DNA of 33,594 nucleotides from assembly GCA_025201805.1 (NCBI GenBank), contig MU619422.1, forward strand, positions 1-33,594. Reading direction: 5' to 3'. This document shows, in pieces, positions 1-9,711 of this stretch. The notes under the pieces are model-generated. The model saw only the letters and a program-made list of their open reading frames with translations. It was not told where the DNA came from and ran no database searches. The translations under genes were made by a program, and so were the position numbers. Origin of the DNA: Parasitella parasitica NRRL 2501 (lineage: Eukaryota; Fungi; Mucoromycota). How positions within the stretch are numbered: position 1 is the stretch's first letter; every line of letters begins with the position of its first letter.

Positions 1-924
1 ATATTTTATCTCAATTGCACCCGCCTCTTCGATAGGAACTCATATCCTATAGTACGCGGCTCAATCAATAAACACAATTTAAAAAAAAAAAAAAAACAAA
101 ATTACTTCTTTAAGGTATAATATCATCCTCTGATACTATGCATACCACGGCTGTCAGTCTATGGTAATAGCTGTATTTTTGGACGCTCTACACGATGGTA
201 TTATTTTCATAATCCCCGTATGCCTATGGAAGGAATTCTGTCGAAAAAGATCAAAAACAGATTAAGAGGAAAAAATCAATATTTTGCTTAATCAAAGCGC
301 ATTGCCAGTCTTTCAGATCATGGAATGGTCTTTCACGATCATTTTCTCCCAATATATGCCATAGTAAAAAGTTGCATTTTTGAGGTCAAAATGGAGGATA
401 ATGCATAATCAATGATTTTGGATGTGTGGATACAAGGAAAAAATCGAAAAAATCCGTCATTTTGCATCGAAAAAAAAATTATGCTCAAATTGCACCAAAA
501 TTATATATAATATAGTTTTTTCCCAAAGTATACTATTTCTGGTGTTTTCAGGGCACTTTGATTATGAAAATCAATCAAAAAATGGTACAAAAAGCTAAAG
601 TTTTTGGATTTAAGCTGTAAAACAGCTTTATTTTTCATAATTTATCATAAAATATCACATAGTTGCTCATAAATTCTGCTAAAATGAATGCAGAACCGAG
701 ATCTAACTTGAGGAACATAGTGTTTACTCACCACTATCTGACAACAACATTTGTATTGATATTTTTTATTGATATCTATAACATTACCAGCTAAAATCAT
801 AAATGTTCATATCAAATTTACATATAATTGTTGATGATACACTATTTTCAGGAATTATTCATTCACAAAAAAATTAAAAATTTAAGATTTCGTTTATTCT
901 TATGTAAAGGAATTGAGCAGTGTA

Positions 925-1260
925 CTAAACTGGATAGCGATTCAAACAATCTTCGATTCTTTAACTGGCTTCTTAATTCTAAATGTCAATATCTCTTCTT
1001 ATAAAAGCTGTTCTCTTTTGAGTTTACTCTTTGAGACGGATTAAAACTGTCCAATGAACTCATGCGAACATGGAGGAAGATAAATGCAGCTATACCCACG
1101 ACCTTTAATATATTTTTGTTTATATCTGTCTTTATGGATGGGCGCATTGTCCATCACAAAATAGTGCCCTTTGAACTTAGGATGGCGATCCATAACATCT
1201 AGTGCTTAGGCAACAAAGTTAAAATAGTGGCCTGTGGCGGTACAGCATTTGCTAGTTTCG
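925..1260 (-). mobile_element. Degenerate Tc1/mariner-IS630 (DDE_3) transposase C-terminal fragment
   Basis: Minus-strand translation through stops gives TATGHYFNFVA*ALDVMDRHPKFKGHYFVMDNAPIHK...GRGYSCIYLPPCSHEFIGQF*SVSKSKLKREQLL*EEILTFRI...RIEDCLNRYPV*. MDNAPIH (1134-1154) and YLPP (1071-1082, a decayed YLPPYSPELNPIE) are the hallmark catalytic motifs of this family. There are several in-frame stops and a deletion. Confidence 0.88.
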
Positions 1261-2040
1261 CCAACCACTACAGATTAGTCACAGACTTAAATTGCTCACC
1301 ATCTTCCCACCAGTTCATCGACCCCACAGCAGTAGAATACTTGAGCAATATATCGATATTAACTTTTTTGAAATACTTGAGACTACCAACCAAAACTTAG
1401 GGGTTAGCTTTGTTGTGGGGAAAATATTCGTGGTACCAAATGTCTTGCTGTCTAATGTGTTGATTTAACCATCCGGCCATTAAACGATCGTCCATCCATG
1501 AAGCACTTTGGGTAATATGTGAAATGATTCAACTAATACTCATTTTCAATTTTTCTTTATTCCCCTCTTCACTATGATTCTCTCAATCTAAAAGTGTTTA
1601 TGTCAAAGAAAGCACTAATATATATATATTTTTTATCATTCTCAACTCCTCTGCACTTGTATCGCTGCTCCTCTTTTGTACCAAATTAACCAATCATTCC
1701 TTATTTGCCTTTCTTTATTTCTATTGTATGCATAGAATGTCATGGTTACCACTATTACAACTCAGTTGTCATGGCAACCGTTCCTAATCTGATCTAGGGT
1801 TAAATGTCACCATTATTTTGTTAGTAAAAATATTTCACATGAAATTTTGGATCGATGTATCACGATAACAATTGAAAATCTCATCGCACGTCCCCTCCCG
1901 TACACATGTGAATATTTTTCTTTTATTTATTCGTGAAGATTTATTATTAAATAAAAATAAGGGATTCAGACAGAAATGCAATAATAGCATATATAAATGC
2001 TAAATGTGATGATAGATGAGAATAAGAAGGAAAACAGAAT

Positions 2041-2841
2041 TTACATGATGGCACAGCCGGAAGATTTCTTCATTGTACTTCGAATAGCCGAAGTGAATAC
2101 CTCGTTTACTCCTTTCTCCATTTTTGCAGAGCACTCGACATACATGTAAGCTCCCACTTTTGCAGCCGCTTCCCTACCCTAGATATTTATCAGTTCGTAA
2201 GTATGAGCATGTAAATATTAAATTTATATGTATGTGTGTACACACTAGACAGACCTGGTGCGTTGTAATGGGTTTCAATGATTGTTTTTCCAACTCTTGG
2301 ATCGTTTTTTGATCATGTCTCAAATCGGTTTTGCAGCCAACCAAAAGAAAAGGTAAATCAGGACAATATCTCTTTACTTCTGGCATCCACTGTTGCTAAG
2401 TGTGTGAGTGTCTCTGATTTTAGCATCGCCTCTGGTAGTGCTATTCTTTACCTTTTCTGTTATATTCTCTAATGATTCAGGGACATCCACTGAAAAAGCA
2501 ATCAAAACAACATCAGAATCGGGGTAAGATAGTGTTCGCAGTCTATCAAAATCTTCTTGGCCTGCTGTATCCCATAGCTCTGCCACTACTGTTTCTGCAT
2601 CAACAACAACATCTTTGACTGAATTGTCGAAAATAGTAGGAATGTAGTCTCCCTATGTAGGCCATCAATGCGTATAGATGATAATGAATATAAAAATGCA
2701 TAAAAAATATATTGTACTTACAGGAAAGAACCCTTTGCAAAATACGCTCAACAGGCATGTTTTTCCACAGGCACCATCACCTACGATAACAATCTTCCGT
2801 TTAAGAGGTTCATCATCTGAAGAAATGCCACAGCAACTCAT
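2041..2841 (-). CDS. Rho-family small GTPase, Rho3-like (4 exons)
   Basis: Spliced product [31 protein letters not shown]...[10 protein letters not shown]...[23 protein letters not shown]...LVGCKTDLR...YVECSAK...KKSSGCAIM*. It has G1/G3/G4/G5 boxes, CAAX box CAIM, N-terminal Cys pair and a QE(D)FDRLR motif typical of fungal Rho3. GT-AG introns lie near 2179-2255, 2390-2451 and 2654-2721. Confidence 0.92.
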
Positions 2842-3070
2842 TTTATACAGCTAATCGATAAAAATTAAAAAGAAAAGTAAAGGAAGGAAGAAGAAAGGAA
2901 GGGAGAGAGTGGGAAAGGAGGAGAACAAGTACTGTATTTTTTATTGTCAAAATTAACATATGTTGTGTGTAGTGCAAAGAGGCTGAATTTAGCGTAGACT
3001 TCTACTGCTTAGCAATTAAAATGATACTGTTATATGCTAAACGGCGTATCTGCTAAAGCTGGTGACTCAA

Positions 3071-4447
3071 TCATTTGCTCTTGGTCTTCATGTTGCGATT
3101 TCGACCTGCCACTTTTTTCTTTTTCGGTTTATAATCCTCGCCTTCTTTACTGACATAATCGAGATCATCATTTTCTTGTATTTGCAATGCCACTGCCATT
3201 GTAGAATCATTGTTTGTGTTTGTAGGTATATCTGCCAATGCTGCTTTTGCTGCGGATTTCGGTGCCTTCTTGCATTTCGTAATTGCCTTTTCAGATAGCG
3301 CACAAAACTTGGTAGATACGTTTGGATTGCTTGGCGAGTGATCCTAAATATATTATTCGAGATCTGCTATTACAAGTTGAATGTGATTTACCTTTGGCGA
3401 CGCTTCACTCTCAGTTAGCTTGACAATTTTTTCTTGCACCCTTTTTAATTCTGCTCGCAATTGACTTAATTCTTCCTTTTTTCGAACAAGTGTTGGATAT
3501 GGCTATTATAAACGAATTGAGAATCGTATACATTATGGCCTTTTTCTCTCTCCTTTTCCTCGAGTTGGAGCCCAGAATTTATAAATACATTGCTTCCAAA
3601 AGATATTATCCCACTTTCAAATACTTTTTTTCAGACGAAAAATTATGCCGTATCAATTCATAGTATTGAAACTGCAGGCTAATATTTCTTTCCCTGAAAA
3701 ATCGCTTGAATAAGCCTTGGATAGTGCCAATTTGAAATTGTATATCATAGCGAACCTTCCGAGAAACAGCAAATCTCATCGATTCTAATCAAAGATCCTG
3801 TTCAAAGGTAGTTTCCCCTAACTGATGATACTAGATGTACTTATGAAATACGGTTATCCAAACGTAGAAAAAAAAAGAGAGATAAGAAATGCCACAAAAA
3901 ATCCTCAAGAAATATCAATAACAGTTGATACATTGCTGCATGCAATTCCACTCACGTTTTCAATCTTTGGTAACACTATAGCCGACCATTCAGATTCAGT
4001 AATCTCGTAGTGCTCTTTATTATTTTGGGCCTTGATTCGTAGCTCTTCTCTTGTTAATGTATTTCCTGTATGGACAATACAATTGTTTTTTCGTTTGATA
4101 TCAGGCCCTTGAGCGTTAGCATTCTTTTCTCCAATGATTTTGGGATCGATGTGAAGCCCTGCAAATTCAGCTGTGCTTTGCTGTCCTAGTAGTCTCTGCA
4201 ATTGTATATTTAGCTGTGCATTTGTTTTATATGGCAATACTTGGCTTTCTCTGATCTTTGACCAATTGCCAATTCCAAATTTCATGGCAGCAAGTCGCAA
4301 TGCCTCTGATTCCTCGTTAGTCCAGCCAGGCGAAAGCGTCATATTCCAAAGACTGGGCGAGTCGTTGGATTGAATGATATTTTGAGTACCTTGCGGTATG
4401 CCTTTAGGCACATTTCCAGTTTTGCTGTGCTTGATGGTTTTTGGCAT
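3071..4447 (-). CDS. p1-like (AMTP1-like) Myb/homeobox-like subunit of the MTA1c DNA N6-adenine methyltransferase complex, about 291 aa, 3 exons
   Basis: Exon 1 (3956-4447) contains SLWNMTLSPGWTNEESEALRLAAMKFGIGNWSKI...LPYKTNAQLNIQLQRLLGQQSTAEFAGLHID...RKNNCIVHTG, matching from memory the ciliate p1 motifs LSPGW, FGIGxW, QRLLGQQS and RKNNCI. Predicted exon 2 is 3392-3502 (coiled coil) and exon 3 is 3071-3343 (low complexity, basic end). All junctions are phase 0 GT-AG. Confidence 0.85.
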
Positions 4448-4552
4448 TTTGTGAAAGGATGGCCAAATCGTCACAAGCGACAATCTGATTGCACTTTTAA
4501 CTGCGCGTCTTTCGCTTTTGCATTTCGTACTCCCTCTCTTTTGCAATTTATC
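4448..4552. promoter_or_regulatory. Putative bidirectional promoter between the p1-like gene and FANCL
   Basis: Only 105 bp separate the two divergent ATGs (4447 minus, 4553 plus). Confidence 0.55.
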
Positions 4553-6030
4553 ATGAATAATATGCCATTTCCACTAATTTTACCCGTTGATGATGAGCAT
4601 CAGATATACAAGGGGTTCATAGCCATCAAAGTAAGGCATGTATGATTTCTAGACATCCCTTTTTACGTAATACATTGTCACCGCAGAATATCGAATATCA
4701 AATTCAGGTTCAATTGGGCCCAGAAGGCTATTTGAAAGGCCAGGAAAATCTGACAAACCTGCTAAAAGAATATCCACAGACAAAAGATGCGATTGAAACG
4801 AAGCTTCGTCAGGCAACGGACATCATGTCATTTCTAAACGAATTTAAAGAGCTAATTGTAGGCGGGGAACCCTCTTTTATTTTGCACATGTCAAATATTG
4901 AAACGTCTTGAAACAGGAAACCACAGCATTTGCACAGGATAACAAGTTCAGTTACTCGCATGACAGATACTCGTTGATTTACAATGAAGTGAAAAAAATT
5001 GGATTCGAGAATGTGCATGCTATTTCAGACGATATGCTCGATGTTACTTTCAAATCAGTGTAAGTTTAACTTGGATACAACATATATTTAACACTCGCTA
5101 ACTGAACTTTGACAGTGATGGACGGGACAGAATACATCTGGTTCAAATCCACTTGCCACGCAACTATCCATTTGCATCTCCTAGAGCCGAATGGGATTTG
5201 CCTATCGCTATTTCTAATTATACCACACTAGCAAACATTCTAGCACAGCACCGAGCGCTTGTTGATAAATATCAGCTATTCTTTGACTGCATGGACGATT
5301 TAGACAGACATATGAGAATATTAGAGCCAGATAGGCCTAAAAAAGGTGACGTTTGGAGAAGAATAGCTCTGGGGCACCACTGTTCAATCGAAATTCAAAT
5401 CAACGCCGAATCACCATTAGACATGAAGCCAAAAATACGGCTCTTTGGAAGTGCTGATAGGGTAAAAGACCTTCAAACCAAGTGGAAAGCATCTATATGG
5501 TAGTGTGCAATGTGTGTGTGGTTGAAGAGCAGCACTAACCAACATCTGCCCAAATATAGGAATAGTGATTTGCCGCTGTATCAGAATTTGCTATACTCGC
5601 TTCAATTGACTCATAGTAGTAACAGCACAAAAGAGGATCATCTCACAGCAAGCGATATTGATTGCGGTATTTGCTACTCTTATAAACTCAATCACAAAGA
5701 AACGCCTGAAATCATCTGCAGTAATGTATCTTGTAGCCGAGGATTTCATCATCAGTGCTTGTATGAAGTGAGTTGGATATGATGTCATTTGACGTCTAGA
5801 AATTTGGGACTAATTTAACCCCTGAATCCAATTATAGTGGCTACGAGGTAATCCAAGCACAATTCAAAGCTTTAGCATTTTATTCGGCCAATGCCCTTAC
5901 TGTAATGAGGTAAAAGAAATATCATACTTTTTTTTTTTTTTTCTTTTTTTTGGGGAGGAGGGTATAAAAAGATAAATATTAACATTTTTGCATGTAGAAA
6001 ATAAATATAAAAACAAAGTTAATAGCTTAG
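4553..6030 (+). CDS. FANCL: E3 ubiquitin ligase FANCL (ELF/DRWD domains plus C-terminal RING), multi-exon
   Basis: MNNMPFPLILP...YKGFI start, LPRNYPFASP, MRILEPDRP...WRRIALGHHCSIEI, and RING CGICYSY...CSNVSCSRGFHHQCLYEWLR...QSFSILFGQCPYCNEKINIK. This motif order is diagnostic of FANCL. The last exon 5998-6030 is predicted from GT-AG sites. Confidence 0.9.
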
Positions 6031-7221
6031 ACTGCCAATAAAGATTCTTCGTACGCTGGAGGGCCTTCCATCCCGAGACCATGTATTTTTAAGGCTTCCA
6101 TTTCTTCGAGAGAAACAGGACAATCGTAGCTAGGCAACTTGGTAAATTCGCAGTCCCCTAATTGAGCAACATGGCTATCCAGCAAATCAATCTGCGTCTG
6201 AAAGGAAATGGTTCTAGTTGTATGACGACCGTTGGTATGGGAGGCATCGGGAACGGATATCAAGAGTGAGACTAGCAGGAGATGGCTGACGTGAAAATTA
6301 CTATATTTTTGAGTCGAGTGCGAAATAGTGTTATCATCGGGGATCTGGTACAGGCAGCTACCTTGCCAGTTTTCAGTGATGGGTCTATTCGGCAAGAACA
6401 GTGCGCTGCCTTTTGCAGGATATAAAAAGTGGACTGACTGACTGGTACGGTCAGGGCTGCTGTCCTGGATAAGAGTAACGTTGCGCCGTTCAACCAACTG
6501 TAAGAAAACCTGTTTCAATCTCAATTCCTTGGCTGTTGGTGCAATCTCGATCCGCAGAGGTAGTTTTGATCCAAGCACAGCTGATTTAGTGTCGATAGTA
6601 ATGCGATACTGGCACCAATTTGAAAAGTGTTTATGTGATTCAATAGTAGCTGGATAGTTTTCGCCGGCTATAATGCCCATGTCAGGCAGTCGAGCTAAAA
6701 TAATCTGCTTTTTGATCTCCTCATGCATTTGAGATGCGCTATCTTTTTTGTATTTCAATGATGCGCTCATGGTGTATTCTACATTTACTTGCGGGCAGCT
6801 GACAGTCTCAGGAATTCCTGCAGGCAAAGGCATTTCGAATGAGAATCGAGTTGAACCAGAGTTTAGTAAGAGGGGTGGCGATGAGGCTGCTTGTTCTGAT
6901 GTTGGATATAACTGCAAATGACTAAAGGCGATATTTTCTTGATTCTGTTTGGTTTCTTCCGCTGTTGTATGACAAGTTAGTGCTCAACACACATACTTGC
7001 ATTTGCAGGTGTAAATATTTATTACCTTGCGTCCAACAAGTCTTTAGAATTCCATTGAAATCGAGCTGCAACTTATCAATGATACAGCTCTTTTGAAAAT
7101 TCACATTGACAGTTCCCCGGATAACAGGAGACGTTTCCAAGTTTGAATCGATGAATACAATCGGTTCTAGCAACTGGATGGAAAGCAATTTTGATGCAGA
7201 TGATTTGCGATTCCACATCAT
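6027..7221 (-). CDS. Alpha-arrestin (ART-family ubiquitin-ligase adaptor), 2 exons
   Basis: Arrestin-N motifs (LSIQLLEPIVF, IRGTVNV, FSFEMPLPAGIPET, VEYTMSA), an arrestin-C region, and C-terminal PY motifs LPSY and PPAY. Intron 6962-7025 joins the two ORFs in frame. Confidence 0.82.
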
Positions 7222-7382
7222 CTTTACTGGTATTTTTTTATAGAAAAGAACGATAAAAAATAAGAGACAGTGAGAAAAAAAAAGAGAAAAGGGTGGGGAA
7301 GCATTAATGACCCCCTATTTATACCATTTGTCAAATTTTAAAAAAGGTACACTATTAATTTACGGCAATTCAATAATCTTAT

Positions 7383-8209
7383 TCACACCAATAGCAATTG
7401 GCTCTTCCTTAATAGACTTGCTAATTGCCCACTTTCATGTAACTCTTCAAGATCATCAGCTCCTCCAATTGTTTGTCCATTTAAAAAGATGTTTGGAAAT
7501 GTAGCTCTACCAGATATTTCATTCAAAGCCATTTTTACTTGATAATCATCATCTAGACGTATATTTATGTTTTTAATGATGTAAATGACATGTCTACTAA
7601 AGTATGATGTTACCGCGCAAGTCAACTTCAACTACCTCAAGAGGTTCCTTGAGATTGTAGGAACTTAATATGCGTTTTGCTTTTTTGGAATATCTATAAA
7701 AATTTAAGTTAAAAAATAAATTAAAACTTGATTATACGAAAGAACTCCTTCATGATGAATCACTGATACCCTTACAACCCCCCCCCCCCTTTTTTAAGCC
7801 AAAAGCGAAAATTCGGTACATCATGTAAAGCTTTCTATAATTTGTAGTGCATTTTTACTTACGGACAGTATGTTTTACTGAACACAATCAGTTGCTTATC
7901 TCGAATATGACCCAAAATTTCGTCTTTGAGGCTGAGTGTTTTGATGTTTATAAATTCATCCTGTTTGTCGGCATACACCGGTAAAATATGGACGCTATTC
8001 GTATCTTCATTGCCTGTAATTGAGGTTGTTCCGTAATAATTAACCAGACATAGTGTTGCTAGAGAAATACACGCAATAAACAACCATAATCGGATGCGGC
8101 GAGAGTTGCAAGTACGTGTATTGCTGCGCTGTTGCGCTGCGTATTCCTCCTTTGCTTTGATGTCGTCCTGAACGGTAAATGGTAAACTCGATGTATTGGC
8201 AGTGCTCAT
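7383..8209 (-). CDS. Monothiol glutaredoxin with N-terminal signal anchor (Grx6/Grx7-like), 3 exons
   Basis: Hydrophobic segment LWLFIACISLATLCLV; VFSKTYCP|YSKKAK gives a CPYS active site across the intron; TFPNIF and IGGADD glutathione-binding motifs. Confidence 0.88.
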
Positions 8210-8332
8210 TTTCTCAAAGACAATTACAACGCCAATATTTTAATTCCCAAGATTTTTGTATACTTTGTAATGGAGATAGAAGGTTAAAAACTATTATGTG
8301 ATTTTGGGGAAAATTTATAGCTTCTTATTGGT

Positions 8333-9711
8333 TTAAAGGTTGATTTGAACTTTTTTTATGACATCCATGTAACGTTCTGGCTCTTCAATTTCCGTCTTGC
8401 CTTGTATCAGTCTTAGTTCACAGTTGCGGGTCATATTGGCAGCATTTGACTTGTCTGATTTGGTGCTGTTATTCTTCTTTTGTTGGTAGAGGTATGTCTT
8501 TTTAGTGATGGCATTGACACTACAAATAACTTTGAATACAGCTTCAATCAATGAACTCTGCTTATGCGTAAAATGTGCAACAGTCAGCGAGGAAAACAAA
8601 TCTCCTGTTCCGGTGAAATAACCTTCATATGTGGGGAAAGCAATCAAATGCTGTTCGGTTGTCGTACCATTGTTGACTTGTTGGCTCGATAGACAATACA
8701 GTGACTCCTTGCAGCTTGCTTCTGTTTGTATGTGTGCAGGTACATCTTCTAAAGGTAGTGATAAGCTCGTAATAACAACATTGGGTGAACCCAGCAAATG
8801 TAATTTTCTTGCGACCTGACATGCCTCTTTTAATGATGTAATTTTCATCTCTGACAAGGTCCTAAATAGTCCGTCAACATTTAGTCGTTTGGGGGAAGGG
8901 GGGGGGGGTTTAACGTTTGATCGCATATAAAACTTACTCTGCTTCAAATTGATTAGGTGTTACTACATCAGCATATTGCATAATATTTCTATATAATGGT
9001 ACAATTTCAGGTGCTACATACAAAGCACCACAATCTCCCATAACCGTATCGCAAACTATTTTCAAGCTGTGAGATTCTTGTTGTCATGTAAATTAATCAA
9101 ACTCGTCCGTATACTTGCGATAGATCAAATTAGGGTTGGCTGCCTTGAGCTTCTTGACCATGTTCTGAATGGTTTCCAAAATTGCAAAATTGCCAATGTA
9201 CCCTACAATATCAGTTAAGTTTTTGATTTGGTTGGTTCGAACCAGCATATCTATACCTGTCAAGACATGGCTATACTCGTCAATGAGCTCATTCTTCTCC
9301 AACCCATCAAATAAGTCTTGCACATCTTTTGCATTCATCCTACTTCCCGTCCAGGAAGGGTAACCTGTACAATGCAATCAATATTTCCCGATTTGCAATG
9401 ATGCATGGTCAACATTTTACCAGTGTGGTTTGAAAATTGCACTGTGTTCAAATTATCTACATCGAATCCAAGCGTTTGGAGTGGAAAAACCGCTGCCTTG
9501 TTACCTTATTTATATTATAGTTTGACGTTTAGAATAGTTTCTTCAGATTAACGATCGAAAATATACCACAATATCCGGAAACCTAAAAAGTAATTGGTCA
9601 AGCCCTTAATTGTTTGGCCTTAAATACAGAGTGTAGACATACCGTATGCGATTGGATACTTAAAACTCTATAATTTGGTCCTTCGTCTGTTTCAAATATG
9701 GTGGTTGTCAT
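8333..9711 (-). CDS. Pyridoxal kinase (PDXK/BUD16-like), multi-exon
   Basis: Spliced motifs [64 protein letters not shown] and the anion-hole motif FTGTGDLF. It includes a micro-exon of about 16 nt near 9567-9582. Confidence 0.93.

Noticed and set aside
360-700. Short inverted repeats (ATTATGAAAA/TTTTCATAAT; AAGCTGT-AAA-ACAGCTT) suggesting a MITE
   Set aside because: They are too short for such AT-rich DNA, and no terminal repeats or target duplication could be defined.
7778-8908. Poly-C and poly-G runs in introns, plus TA microsatellites elsewhere
   Set aside because: Simple homopolymer or microsatellite tracts with no evidence of function.
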